DNA from: Paraphysomonas bandaiensis
Lineage: Eukaryota > Protista > Chrysophyceae
Reading direction: 5' to 3'
Length of the DNA: 64,000 bases
Assembly: GCA_965644295.1 (NCBI GenBank)
Contig: CBFFRP010000001.1
Coordinates: 124,001-188,000 of the forward strand
In this document: piece after piece, positions 34,973-48,334 of the stretch
Layout: each line of letters starts with the position of its first letter
How positions within the stretch are numbered: the stretch's first letter is position 1
Notes under the pieces: generated by a model
Databases searched by the model: none
What the model was told of the DNA's origin: nothing
Seen by the model: only the letters and a program-made list of their open reading frames with translations
Program-made: the position numbers and the translations under genes

Positions 34973-37900
34973 ATGTCCGGCTCCAATGATAAGTCCACCC
35001 GTGGGCCATGGCTACATGCTTGGTACGATCCTCTAGCGGGTATAAAGACGCTGACCCCTCTGGTGCGTCTAGGTGATCTTAATTCGGTGGGAATCTCTGT
35101 ATAGCCAATCAAACGATATAATATATATTCGACTATTAGGATGGTGATAATAAGCTTTTGATATGCGACATCGATAAGAAACTCAAAGTCTACAAGGGCA
35201 CTGCTCTGATAGTGGAGCATGCGTTACTGGACAGCCCAGTCTCTATGTGCGTTACATACACTGAAAATGTTTCGGTAAGTATTATGGATTGACCTTTCGC
35301 TTGTCGAATACTTATGGTCAACAGCCTCAGATCCCCTCGGTGGCAGTCGCAGCCGGGTCACATATATTTATTTACCGACATTTGAGACCGTACAGAAAGG
35401 TAAATAAGTTTCAAAGTATATATGACTTTTGTTGGTTTATTCATGTCTACAGTGGAGCTGTCCGCCTGTGGATATCAGCGAAATGGAAACCAATATATGG
35501 GAAGACCTCAGGTACACGTTGGCATCCTGGTTTCGATAGTGAATTCATTTATGTGCTTGTAACGTACGGTATACAGATCGGATAAGATAACCCCAACTGA
35601 AGCCCTGGCAGCTCTCTCTCAGGCGAGAGACAATGGCGTGAAACTCTCCTCTCACTCCCTTGACCTCATCATGATTGAGGTATGTCGTAATATTGTAGTA
35701 TGTAATTGTATCCGTTTGTGGCTCACGCCCTGTATCTGCGTTCAATGAGTATGTGCCTTCAATACATTGATGAAATTCGTGTTCATGTGACGTAGAACGA
35801 GGGAAAGCTGTTGGAGTATGTGAATGAAACGAAGTTCCTACAGCTCTCTCAGCAGACACTAATTACTTGCATGGAGGTACGTGCACCAATACAGTCAGTG
35901 TATTCGAACTTGTAGTTATTTCGAGTTGAAATGCATTCACACATCACTTTTTTTGCTCATGAGAAGGCATGTGTCACTTTTTATTATAGGTGATCAAGAA
36001 GGACTCGGACGATGAGGATGCTGTCAGCCTTCTTGTCGTAGGGACAGAGAATGGTGTCGTTTATATTCTTCCCACAGGTATCTCAACTTGTGCTGCTGCA
36101 TGTACAATGTCTAAGTGTCTGTATAGATCCTGCTGGATCAACCTACATTTGCAAGATTCAACTTCAGAGTACCCCCGTCATCCTTAACGTATCTGGACTC
36201 TTTGATACTGAATGGAGGTAAAAGATATTAGCCCACTCACCTCATCACTTTATCATGTCCACTTGATCTGGTTATTGTATTCATTTCTTTCTTTTGTGCT
36301 CAGAATCATAGCTGCATGTCGGGATGGTAAGGTTTACAACATAAAGGACGGCGATATACGTGGTACGGCAGTGCTGACTGGCAATGTAATCGATGCTGGT
36401 AGTCAGGTGGTAGCTTTGGCTAAGCAAGATAAGGTACAATGATACCATTCGGTACACCTGCTGTATATGAGTCTGACTACACTTTCAGCTCATATGGGTG
36501 GCTACAATGGACAGAACCATATCATGCTACACGATTAGGTGAGCAACTCTGGTTAGTACAATTGTTTACTAAAGCTTTCTGTCATAGAGGCAAGAGGGCA
36601 TCTGGCATCCAGATTCAAGATGATGACATTGTTGATATGATCGTTCTCAATGTTCGCCGCATGCAGATATCCTGTGCCCTGTTAGTGGCCCTTGCCTCGG
36701 GAGAGGTATGAGATCGTTGAATAGGAATGTCGTGTAACATTGCACAGATAAGGATGTACCATGACAACAAAATACTTCATAAGTTCAGCGTAGAGAAGCC
36801 TGTTTTAGCAATGCGGTTTGGAGTATATGGCAGGGAGGTGAGAGTATTATAGATCGTGTTCATGTCGATACATACTGTCTGAGACCCTAATTTTTACCAC
36901 GTTAATGCGAACAGGACAACTCTTTGGCGATAGTGCACGGCAAGGGTGCTATCACCATTAAGATAATGCGTAGATCGGTAGGGCGAAGTATTATGAAAAG
37001 TGAAGCTGATGTGGCTCATGCGTCTAATTTAAGGCTGATATGGAGGCCAATGGTGGTCTGAGTGCAGCTACAGGACCCCCATCAGAACAAGACGTGCCCT
37101 TGCAAATACCGAAGTATGCACATACACAATACTTCACTTTATCTTATTGTTCAATACAACTTATCTAGGAAGACGAAGTTGTTCGTGGAACAGACTCAGA
37201 GAGAGATGGAGCAGGTTGATGAGTAATACAAATTTGTGCAAATCATCACTGGTGTAGACAGTATCATTTTGTTCATATATATTAGACGATTATTTACATC
37301 AAGCGTGCTTATTACGTAGGCATGTGATATCCACAAGGCTTTTCAGCGTGATCTCTGTAAGATGCGGTTGGAGACGGCTCGGGCGTACGTCAAAACGCTC
37401 ACCACTGATGGACTCTCCCCATTGGTATCAAATGTGTTGCTATATATGAAGCACCTTTGTCTACTAATGTGACATTCTATGCTACTTTTCTAAGTCATAG
37501 ACTAAATTATGGATACATCTATACTATTGTCTGTTATTGGTGAGAACTATATGCATTAACTTATCAACAGGGTGGTGGAACTGGGACTGGAGGCAATGGC
37601 CAGGAGGTTAGAATTAGCGCACAAGTGAAAGGGTGAGAGCCGGCTTGTATGTCTGCTAATACGTTGTGTGAGGGGTTTGGTATTGAGTATTGTTGGTGAC
37701 ATGTTTTAAACGAAAGTTTTTGTCATCAATACGTATTAATATATATTCTTCATTCGGTCAGATTGGGACCACGGTTTCTACTGTGCATATATCTCCAAAA
37801 TGTTGGGCACACTCCGGTTATGGGGGTAGGTTTTCATGTGTATCCGATGTCTTTGTGTACTCACTTGTACTATGACCATCCACCGCTTTCATAGTTACGA

Positions 37901-38316
37901 CTCATGTTCAACTACGACTCCACCTTATATTCCTGTGGGTACGGGGAAGAAGGGGGTAGCAGTGGACAGAAACACAGCATTCCAATCCCGATTATACTAC
38001 CGGTAAACGCCTGTTTAATTGTGCTATTGTACAGTTGAACCTATCGCTTGATCATGTCGTATGTGCCGCATTCTCGTAGTTTCTGATATATTTGCTCATA
38101 TTTGTATAGGGCCCCAAGCATGTGGTGGAGGCTGAGATGCTTTCTATAGACCCGATGGGAAGGGCTGGACAGGTTCTGGTACTGCTAGGGAGTTCTTCGA
38201 GGTTTGTCACTATGTCACGTCACCGTAATATTCATTGATCGTTCTTCCTCAGTTCTGTCCCTGTTCTTGCCGCTACCGTTCGCATGCCAGTGAGTGAGCC
38301 CAGTATCAGTTTTTAA
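34973..38316 (+). CDS. BBS1: Bardet-Biedl syndrome 1 protein (BBSome subunit), many short exons
   Basis: Spliced fragments PWLHAWYDPLAG, GDLNS-DGDNKLLICD, AVAAGSHIFIYRHLRPYRK, LLVVGTENG, MRFGVYGRE, PK-KTKLFVEQTQRE, FQRDLCKMRLETARAYVK, RMPVSEP; all characteristic of BBS1. Confidence 0.92.
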
Positions 38317-39092
38317 GCATTCAGTGTAACCATTGAAGTTATCAGTTTTTGAATGGATATGTTAACTGATAGGGCAGTTGTTTGTGATACAGGCCTACTC
38401 TCTTTGTGCTGTACGTTAATAATTGTACAGTGTATTTCTTCTTGGTAATTTCCCGGCATCTATGAACCTCCGGTTAGTTAAATCTATGGAACTGTGCTAT
38501 TTCTGGGTTGGTTGTATGGGTCTCTCTTGAATAGGGTTTTCATATGATTGATGTAGTTCCGGAACTGACGGGAACTATATCAGTGTATCCCCTATACAAT
38601 TTTAGAAACTCGTGCTTTATGGGAAACACTACCTATCCTACCAAATAATGATGATACTAGAATAGTGTTACCGTACATGACAGCGTAGAATAAAGTGTTG
38701 CATTGCGTAAAATGGTGCAAGCAGTTGACAATGGTGTTGATGGGTCTAACTTGGACGAGCTGGATGACATAACTAGCGAGTCGCTGGAAGTATAATTTTG
38801 AAGAAGTTGAGTTTTTATGCGTTTAGCAATTAATAATGTAGTGGATGTAGAGAAATCTTGTTTTTAATGACATTAGTTACAGATCAACACCGTGAGTATG
38901 TAACAACGTAATATATATATGCATACTACTACCATATAATATATTATCGTGCTATGTTTAATAGTACAAAGTTTCTACTATTGACTAATTAAAAATACTT
39001 AAAAGCGACAATCAACTGAACTTCTGGCACGTTTATCAGTAATAATAGATGCAGAATAAACTGCACCAGTGTCTACACACAGTAGACGTTTT

Positions 39093-39797
39093 AGAGTCAG
39101 AACTAATAATGTAACATTGAAAATTTAAAAGTTACTAACTATAGTACCTAGTACTTAGCTCTGATATCCTACTATTTAACGCTACGAAAGCTGCTTGTGC
39201 GTCACCACAAACACCAAGGTGCAACCACTTTCGCTCTATCACTCAGTAAGCAAGCAGAATGTTGATATACCTAACATCTGCTTACTTCAGGATTTTTAAT
39301 CCTCAAGGTGAACAGCCTGAATGCTTGACCTCGTTCGCCCCAGGCACAACTCGTAGCCCGCGCCATCTTCAGATATGCCGGAGTCCCAACCCACCCCCTC
39401 GCCCATGTATCTCAAGCTAGAAACACTCGACCCACTAATTCAGAACCGTGTGCCTCCCCAGTCCCCAGAGCCCTGCAGATCCTTACCCCAAGGAACGCCT
39501 CTCTACATCTGCACTTCACGGACTCACGTTCATAGAGATCTTTTCCCTCACATACAAGGACGGAAGTGGTCGCACCTTGGTGCTTGCGGCGACGCACAGG
39601 CAACTTTTGTAGCGTTACATAGTAGGATATGTGAATTTGTACTAGTTAGTAACAGGTAGAAGTATATCTAGCTTGACTAGTTTTCATCAAGCTACTTATC
39701 TATAAGACTTTCATTACTGCACAGTACTCTCGTGGGTTGTATGCCATAAGCCAAGTTCATAGGAACTCGGCTAGCTACGTGTTCTCCAATTCTGAAT
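39093..39797 (+). mobile_element. Unclassified dispersed element (copy B) with 67-bp internal inverted repeats
   Basis: Arms 39164-39230 and 39564-39630 (59/67 complementary by manual count). Confidence 0.75.
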
Positions 39798-40253
39798 CAT
39801 AACCAGCGTTGTCCGAACGCGTAGCTACAGTAAGCACATAAAGTGCAAGAACGGATAAATGTAGCCGTGATTATAAAAGATACTGGTCTACACTAGTGTT
39901 ACTGGCGTAGAGCCTAGATTATAACAGATATATTATACAGTGCGTACTGGATTAAAATTTATTCGAAAAGTGGTGTAGAGCGAGAATTCATAGTACGAGT
40001 TATCGACGATCATAAGAATGTAACAATTTACGAACCTCGCCTGCGAGATATTTTCTTCTACATTTTCTATCTAACCGACATTAGCTATAAGTGATTAATC
40101 TTAAAATCTATTGAAATGTCAATGAGTTCTGACCAGGCTATAATATGTGGCTTGACTGTGTAAATACACGTAATGTCAAAAACATTTTTGTTCAAGTAGT
40201 ATGCCAGTATCAAGCATTCCACCTTGTTTTTGAGTCATGCCAAGGCACAACAT

Positions 40254-41383
40254 TCAGTTTACAGAATTTCCCCAAATCTGTATTGTGTTGTCATAAAATG
40301 AGCATGTGGCTACCGACCAAAGTAATTTTTCCTCGTCGCTACTAATATCTTGACAGCATTGTAGTTTCAACCAGTCCATCCCGTAAGTTAACCTGTCCGT
40401 ATTATCATCTACAAGTGCACTGACTTGTTCCAGACCGTTCTCATCGGAGTATTCGTATAATGACGCGCCCCCATGCATGCAAGCTGTAGCCAGGAAGGAT
40501 TTCCCTCTGTTCCGATGCATATCATCCAACAACTTCCACTTGACCCGCCAGACACCACCAGCTGTAATAACACAAATATATAGGCAGCATAAAGAACAGT
40601 CCAGTTCAACAGACACCTGCAACACGCACCTGTCTCTTGTTCATGAAGTGGGGAGTCCATGTACCTGTCGTCCCATATTCTCACAGATCCGTCGTAGCTT
40701 CCCACAGCTAAGAGATGCGCATATGATAGTGAAGGGTTCCACTGCGCGCTTGTAATACCAGCTGTATAATGCTTTGCAGAGGCGTGAACGGGGGAGACAG
40801 GGCAGCGGGTATCCCACAGCTTTAAGTACAAATCGTCTCCTCCACTCACCAACAATTCCGGGTTGTGTGGACTGAAGGCAGTTATCCATGCTGGAACATG
40901 TTCACCAAACATGCAGTGAGCGTCCTGGATGCAAATAACCTCACGTAAACCCGATGAATCTACGGTATAGACTGCCACGCAGCCGTGCTCGTAAGAAACG
41001 GCAACATTTCCATTGCATGAATCTGACGAGCCTACACTGTCCCAACAAAGAGATAAAGCTAAGCCGGCATCTCGACTACTTTCATAAGTTTTAATATGAG
41101 TGAGTGTGCTATCTGATTGGGAGTACAAAGCAATATGTCCATTGGAGAGGGCACATGCGAGAAGGTTCCCTTTATATTTCATGTCGAGAACACCAGCATC
41201 GGTATCAACACAGTGAGCGATGCCATCTTTATTGCAAATAGCAACAGCACCCTTTCTAGTATGTGTATCTTCGTTTAACTCATACATTCCGCACGTGAAG
41301 CATTCGGTATCGTTTTGTGACGGCAATGAAGTCACTTCAATGCTACAGCAGTGTATAGGAGCTTTGAACGAGGAAAGCAACAT
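40254..41383 (-). CDS. DPH7: Diphthine methylesterase (WDR85/DPH7), WD40 protein, 2 exons
   Basis: CGMYEL, GVLDMKY, ALSLCW, AWITAF, SGGDD, GSYD, GGVWRVKW, ACMHGG, TYGMDW, TCSFYDN motifs; one intron near 40629-40563. Confidence 0.88.
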
Positions 41384-42476
41384 CACCGCAGAATGAGACT
41401 TTAGAATTGTTCAATAAGAAGCAGACATAGTTGGTTTGGTTGTAAGTTAAGGCAGTGGCTCCTCGTAATAATCTTGAATGGCTCCTCTTCCTACTCTGTA
41501 GTCATCATATACCGTATCGGACGTACTACAGCAGTAGGAATAATGTATAAACAGAAATACATATATACCATATATACAATGCGGGAGTACGTGAAATTCT
41601 GTCACACTCATGTATACCTTTCAGTTTGTGTCGGTTGTAGATGTGTGTTTTTGGAATACGGTGTTGTATTATGTGAAGTGTGTATGTATCATATAACGCA
41701 TCTCTTCATATGTTACTTTAAACTATCAACAGTGCCATGAAAGGAGATGATATCCACACCAGAAACAGAAGAATATCTTCTTCACCGTCGTGTTTCTTTC
41801 AACCTCTGCTCTGAAGCGATCCAGGTTCTTGTATGCATGTGAGGGTGACTGTTAATAGAGCTACATACCCTCTCACATACATACACATGTACACCCCTTG
41901 AGACAGGCACACACGTACATACCCACCGTAAAATAACAAATATTAGTTATATTATGGTGATAGCGTGCCACTTCACCTATTCTTATTTCACGTATATTAA
42001 GGAAGGAGGATTTGGTTATTGTTTGCTTAACTGAGTGAACTACGGCCCTCTTCTGATTGCCATTCACACGCGCTGGTACACCACAGTGGCCAAGGTCTTC
42101 TGAATTAGTCACAGTACCTCTCTGTATTGCTTTATTTCCCTAATTTTCTGGAAACTACGAATATCTTGAAACTTGAAAATAGACCCTAATATATATCTAA
42201 CAGTGGTTTTCGTAGCTGGCTTATATACAACAATCAACTTTCTTAGTCAAAAATTTACATATATTTCAAGTGCAAATAATATATATACTGTAGTAGACAT
42301 ACATACTGCGTATATTATTACTACTTAGTATAATATTGAATAGTACTCACTTACCTCTACTACTAGAACATAGCCTACTATAGAAACTGCCATAACTGAA
42401 ATTACCAACATCCTTACATTCCATTCCTAACTCCCGATACAATTCTTTCAAAGCACTTTCATATACTCTACAAAAC

Positions 42477-42660
42477 TATTAGGATTCAGCTTACAAATAC
42501 ATGATGCTGGACTAGAAGGATGGCCTCACAATATGGCACCTCTGCAGTTTTTATTGACTAGTGACAGCTACTCTGGTTTTTACTCTCAGTGTGTATAGTT
42601 CATATTATCTACAGTTCACTGATTATTTCATTGAGGGGGCGTATTAGGATTCAGTTTAAT
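42477..42660 (+). mobile_element. Internally deleted relic of the copia family at 59.6-64 kb
   Basis: TGATTATTTCATTGAGGGGGcGTATTAGGAtTCA nearly matches the PPT/LTR junction of the right-hand copia; the LTR-start 13-mer TATTAGGATTCAG occurs at 42477 and 42642. Confidence 0.6.
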
Positions 42661-43757
42661 ACAAGATTGGAATCGCATTTCAGTACACTCCCATGCTCGT
42701 TTAAGAAAGAATTCTATTGTCTTTCTTGCACGTAGATGAGAATCATCCCTATCAGCTTTTGTCAAAGCTTGAAGTCCACATAAAAGCCGATATGGTTGGA
42801 TCCCTTCTTGTCGATTACCAAAATGTCAGAGGTCCCACAAAGTCTTCACACTAATGCACTATAGCCTTTAACATGTAATGCACTGTAGAGGTCCTCCTGT
42901 CATTGGGTATATCATTTGGTCCATCTAATTTCTTCCGGTCGTTAGCTGTATTGCACTGAACCCCAAAGAACTCCATCACTCGGTCTTTGTTGGCAAAAAT
43001 TATCAGCTTATCTTCATCATCCAACCATTCAGGATAATGAGAACAAAAGCACTACGTCATATGCCTCACTTTGCCAGTATACATTGCCTTTGTTTTGGCA
43101 TGAATTAAGAGAATGAGAGACGTTCTTGAAGTCGATGAGGAGGAAGCTCGAGATGTAGCAGGAGAAGTATCATCTGAGAGGACCCATGGTATTAAATACG
43201 ACAAGATATTCAATGTAGGTTCGATATTAAAGTGAATATGGTTTCTACGCAGATCACATATATCATACAGATACAACCTTGTATCTTTTGCATACGATTT
43301 CTACGTAGAAATCTCCGGAATTCTACTGTATTCTACATAGAAATCTCCGGTATTCAGTGTGCCATGATAATTTCACGTACGGTAAAAATCTGATATTTCA
43401 GTTTTATTTTGTTGATATTCCAGGCGTAGGTGAAACATAGTCACACGCTACCCAAAAAATACTGCCACAGTATTTCACCTACGGTGCATATATGCATATA
43501 CAGCAGTATTGTTCTTATGTCTTAGGCCACGGCACTGAAACTCACAAACGGCTAATTATAGCACGAGCAGCAGCGTGCGGAGAGTTTCCAACGGCAATTT
43601 ACATCAAAATTCGAAATTTTGTACCTTGTATGATTTTTGGCCTGATGGAGTGTGACTTGAGTCCGAGTGACAATAACACCCTGCTGTTTAAATATCTTCC
43701 AACCTGATTTACAACAATTCAGTAGTCTCAGAGAGATACCTGCTCTGCAGTGCGGTC

Positions 43758-45517
43758 ATGAACACTTCCTCCGCTTCTTCAAATGAATCGAGCATGAATA
43801 ACGCTACAGTGGCGCTGAAGGAGCACATTGACCAGAGCACACAGAATTCAAAATCTGATACCCCGAAAGAGCAGCCACAACCCACTGTAAATAATATGTC
43901 TTATACCAAACGATCTAATAAATCAATTTCAGGATTGTGTCTCTAAAAGATCTCAAAGTGAAGACGAGAAAGTTTTCTGTAATTGTAAGAAGTCGAGATG
44001 CCTTAAACTGTAAGATGCATACACTCATATATGCCAGAAAAACTGACACGATTGCGTAATTATGTTATATAGATATTGCCAATGTTTTGCGGCGAAAATA
44101 GTGTGTAATTCTTCATGCAATTGCATTGCTTGTGCGAATATAGTGGGGAACGAGAAAGTTCGTGAAGATGCAGTCAAATTAATACTGGAAAGGAATCCCA
44201 ATGCTTTCGATTGCAAATTTAAGACGACGGTACATGACTTTATCTATATTTTCTCTGTAATTAGCTATTGTAAAGGAAACGACTGCAACGGGAAACTTAT
44301 CTCACAAAACAGGGTGCCGGTGCCGCAAGTCCATGTGCCTTAAAAAATATTGCGAATGCTTCAACGTTAGTACTTCACGTCATTTACTCTTATCTTATTA
44401 TGTAAACCCCATTACTTCAGGAGGGTGTACTATGTAGTTCAAGCTGCACATGTTTGCAATGTGCGAATGATGGCAGTGGACGGGTCCCATTGAAGCCCCC
44501 TAAGGAGCCGAAAGATAGGTAGCCTCGGAATATGCTTGTAGTTGCAGACCTAATCTAACTACAAATATACAGTCGTACTTCAAAGAAAGTACCATCTAAC
44601 AGCGAAGATGTAATCATGCGTGCAGCTGAAGTGCGTTTTAAGAAGTGTATATTGTCTTCTTGTATTCACTGTGCTGTGTACAGGTTCTTCTGCAGGCACG
44701 CGACGATGGAAAACAAAAGACATCCCGCCGAGATTCCAGTGACAGCACTTCCTCTAGTGCTAGTTCTTCAGAGGACCGCTCTGTCCATGTTAGCAAACGT
44801 AAGCGGCAGTGGATAGAGCTTGCAGATCACCAACGCCGCCTCGGTGAGAATCATCAATCCCAGTCGTCCCTTCTCTCTGCTGATCGACCATCCATCCTAT
44901 CCCGATTATCCCATCCGCCGAAAAGTCGTGTTTCGCCCCCCCGTGTTGGAGCTATAGGAGATGGAACAATCTCTGCTGAACCTCTCTCTACGAATAAATT
45001 AACATTAGCTCACTCCGCTCGGAAGCCCGCGCGTCCTATTTCCATCCGCACAGCCTCGCCGAACAGTCTAATATGTGCCTCTGCGTTATCTTTACTTAGC
45101 GGAAACGACCTTTCGCCTCGGTCTTTGGGTGCCGAATCTCCTCCGCACATGTGGGGGGGCAACTCAGATGTAGTCCGGCGTCCTTGTACGAAGGATCGCT
45201 TTTCCCCACATACCACTCCCTCCTGTGGCTCCTCGAATGCATTCCGGCGTTCCAGATCACTGTCCTCACAGGACAGCACTTCCTCTGAAGATGTAGAGAC
45301 ACCGTACAAAATTCGGCGGTCCATGAGTCTTCGGGATGTTGACAGTTTCTCCGACCAGCCTTTGCTGACCTCCATTAACGGAATAAAGTGCTTGTTTCCC
45401 AACTCCGATGAAATTTCCTTAAATCATGTAGGCAGCCATGACATTAACCGCAATTGGACGAAGCCCGTTGTTGACGTGATGAAATCCGTATCGACCGTCT
45501 CTTCGACTAATTTCTAA
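43758..45517 (+). CDS. Tesmin/TSO1-like CXC (CRC) domain protein, LIN54-related, multi-exon
   Basis: CNCKKSRCLKL|YCQCFA...CNCIAC, RNPNAF linker, GCRCRKSMCLKKYCECF...CTCLQC; Ser-rich C-terminal exon. Confidence 0.88.
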
Positions 45518-46118
45518 GTGCTGAGTTATGGAAAATGATGTAGATCCGTTGCTGCTGGCTGGATGTTTGATCGTTCTAGCATTGCAGTTTCCGTTGCATC
45601 ACGAAGCGCACAGTTAGAAGCATGTAGTGGTATGTATTTGCGCTAAACTGGTGTGCAATTTATAGTAGAAGTAGAACTACTGGCATTGTTAATCTTGTTA
45701 GCCCCAGTCTCGGCATTCGTGAAGCAGAACTCGATCGCTTATTAGATGATTAGTTAGTACACTTTATTTGCATATATAATAGGTAGTAGATTGTCATTGT
45801 TAAAAAGTGTTTCCCAAAGCTTTTTTTGCTTCTTTTCTGGTAGTACTAATCACATAACAAAAAAAGGTTTATAATATCTATGCTCTCAACTAGTTGACAC
45901 TGACTCTTGAGGAATGTGTTAAGACTTGGAACTTGCAGACAGGCTAGCGTAACAATTAATTGGTGACAGGTGTCCAACAATATTAATTGCAATTATTAAT
46001 CAAGCATCCAATTAATTGCTTTTAATACTATTGATAGATTTTAGAATAACTTTCTGAACTATAATCTCATCCCAAAGAAACATTATTAACATTTTCAGAT
46101 TTCAAGGTATCTAGGTTT

Positions 46119-47351
46119 CAGGGCTGCGTATCAATTAATTGTCAATTAATTGACGCAGGTTGTAGTCAATTAAAATTGCAATTATTACTTGCTGTCTCAA
46201 TTTCAACTATTGCAATTAACTGCAATTAATTGCAATTATTTAGTACTAAAATACACTAGCTGCGAATATAGCTACCGCAACTGTCATTTCATTCTAGAGG
46301 CAACGATTCATGCGTAAAAACATAATTAGCACTAAATGTTGAGGAGTCAAGCTCTTGAGCAAGCCCATCATAACAATCGTAGCTCTACTGAACAACCTCT
46401 CAACCTTATTGGTTGTGCTATGCAAGTGTTTCATCCGTAACGAGTTTGCTGGTTAAGTCTTGCTCGCTTCCGCTGCCTGCTACCATCAAACAAACGTTGC
46501 GCTGCGTCGTCATTCGGAGCTAGACTCGCACCGTCATAATCTTCTTCTTCCTCATCGAACAAATATATTTTAGTTTGATCCTTTGCCGTCCGAGTTACGG
46601 CTTCGTTGCCACATTGAATCTTCACGACTGCCTTTTCGAAAGCAGCGTTATGAATAATAGCAGCACCGTCGCCCAGATGACGCTCAACAATCGGGTGCAT
46701 TATGAAGGGTTCGTCAATCAATGTGCAAACGTCGTGGAAGTCAAGCTGGTGTTAACCTTACTTCTGTAATTGTACAACACTTATTTTTATAATACAGGGC
46801 ATAATATACATGTATATACTCTGTATATAGGTGGATAGTCCTACAATTAGACTTTTAACACATCGGAACCAAACTCGAATGATCGCATATGATTAGAAGC
46901 AAGTAGCGATCAATCACGGAAAATGTGGAGCCCCTTTCCTGCAAGACAAATCTCTATTGTAGCCTCTTCGTTGTTATTATCATCATTTACTTTCTCAAAT
47001 AACACTCGTGCAATGACTTCTGGTGCCAATTTGTCGCTCCTATCGCTAATTAATTAAATGAATTACTATGTGAGATAATCCTATGGATATTATAGTCTTT
47101 CACCAATCTTCGATTTTTATCCAAAAATTGGATATTTTTACTAAACATGCCGTTTTTTAACAACTTTTCAGCATAAAAAGGTGGGGTTTTTAATATCAAT
47201 TAATTGCAATTAATTGACAATTAATTGAAGCCAGCTGGAGTCAATTATAATTGCAATTATGAATCGATGTCCCAATTTCAACAATTGCAATTTCAATAAT
47301 TGACAATTAATTGCAATTAATTGAAAATCAATTAATTGATACGCAGCCCTG
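46119..47351 (-). mobile_element. Non-autonomous hAT transposon (1233 bp)
   Basis: Perfect 23-bp TIR CAGGGCTGCGTATCAATTAATTG, perfect 8-bp TSD CTAGGTTT, CAATTAATTG subterminal repeats, transposase relic HLGDGAAIIHNAAFEKAVVKIQ...STTNKVERLFSRA. Confidence 0.92.
46788..46845 (-). mobile_element. Gypsy LTR fragment related to the 53.5/58.7-kb LTRs
   Basis: Minus strand TGTAGGACTATCCACcTAtATAcAGAgTATATAC matches the LTR start TGTAGGACTATCCACTTACATATAGAATATATAC. Confidence 0.7.
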
Positions 47352-47759
47352 CTAGGTTTTATTCGCTTGCAAAACTCTAGTCACATAACAATCTTAGCTT
47401 TGCTAAACAACCTTTTTCACAAACATTGGTAGAGCTATACGAATACTTCATGCAACAATGATATATCGTATTGGAAGTTTGATGCGGGCTTTTTGGCGCT
47501 TTCGGTTGTCTTTAAGTAAACGAATGGCGTCGTCTTCCTCCTCCCCATCTTTTTCTTCATCAAGTTCACCTTCATGTGCAGGTACCTCATTTATCAAAAA
47601 GCGTCGCACCTGTGCGTTTTCAGCGCGGTTCAGTTCTTCTTCCCTACCGCACTGAATTTCACTACTACTCTCTCGAAATCTGCATTTTGAACAATTTTCG
47701 TGTCTGCACCCAGGTGAAATTTCATCCCAGGGTACTGACCAATTAAAACATCAAATTTG

Positions 47760-48334
47760 TACCACGAAAGCGCACGAGCAGGGTAAGTAGTACTGTTCAT
47801 AAAGGTGATGGCGGGGTCGTCGAATCCCAGTAGAAAGCAGATCTGATACCTCCCGCTGTTGCTGAACTTCGTCAGGAAATGATGTCCGGACTAGCAGAGC
47901 TTCGCGTGATCTTTTGATGAGAAAAATGATGATCATCTACCTGCAGATGGTCCTCCACCTGCTTATGATCCTCCGCCTACTAGTAATGTGCCCCCAACGG
48001 CTGTTGCCGCGTCGTCTCTCCGAGCATAGGTGAAGATCGCTATATTATGCGTATATATGCAATGTATCCAAAATCAGGCTATTCGGTTGGAGCGTTTCCA
48101 ATCTCAAGAGAGGCAATAATGCAGCTATATATATGAGAATAATATAGTATTATTACAAAACACAAGTGGCAGAGCCAACTTGTAACGCAATAAATATTGC
48201 TAATAACAGCTATACTTGCGCTTTTTCTTTATCTTTAACCTCTCAGGTACAAATTACAGTAAAACAGTAACTCAATACTTATATATGAAACCTGGTGAAA
48301 TTGCTTTTTACCAGGTTTTAAGTATTACCTCGAC
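47760..48334 (-). mobile_element. One-ended inverted relative of the TIR element at 48649-49675
   Basis: 47960-48334 is reverse-complementary to ~48651-49012, and 47760-47820 to ~49088-49148; ends in ...GTATTACCTCGAC. Confidence 0.7.

Noticed and set aside
7635-38316. Ciliary gene cluster (NEK1-like, coiled-coil, BBS1)
   Set aside because: Separated by unrelated genes; ciliary genes are numerous enough for this to be chance.
39225-39250. Hammerhead ribozyme core (minus strand CTGAGTGA...GAAA)
   Set aside because: Does not fit CUGANGA, lacks stem II, and copy A has GAAC.
42700-43200. Possible degraded transposase on the minus strand
   Set aside because: Coding-like but interrupted, with no motif I can assign.
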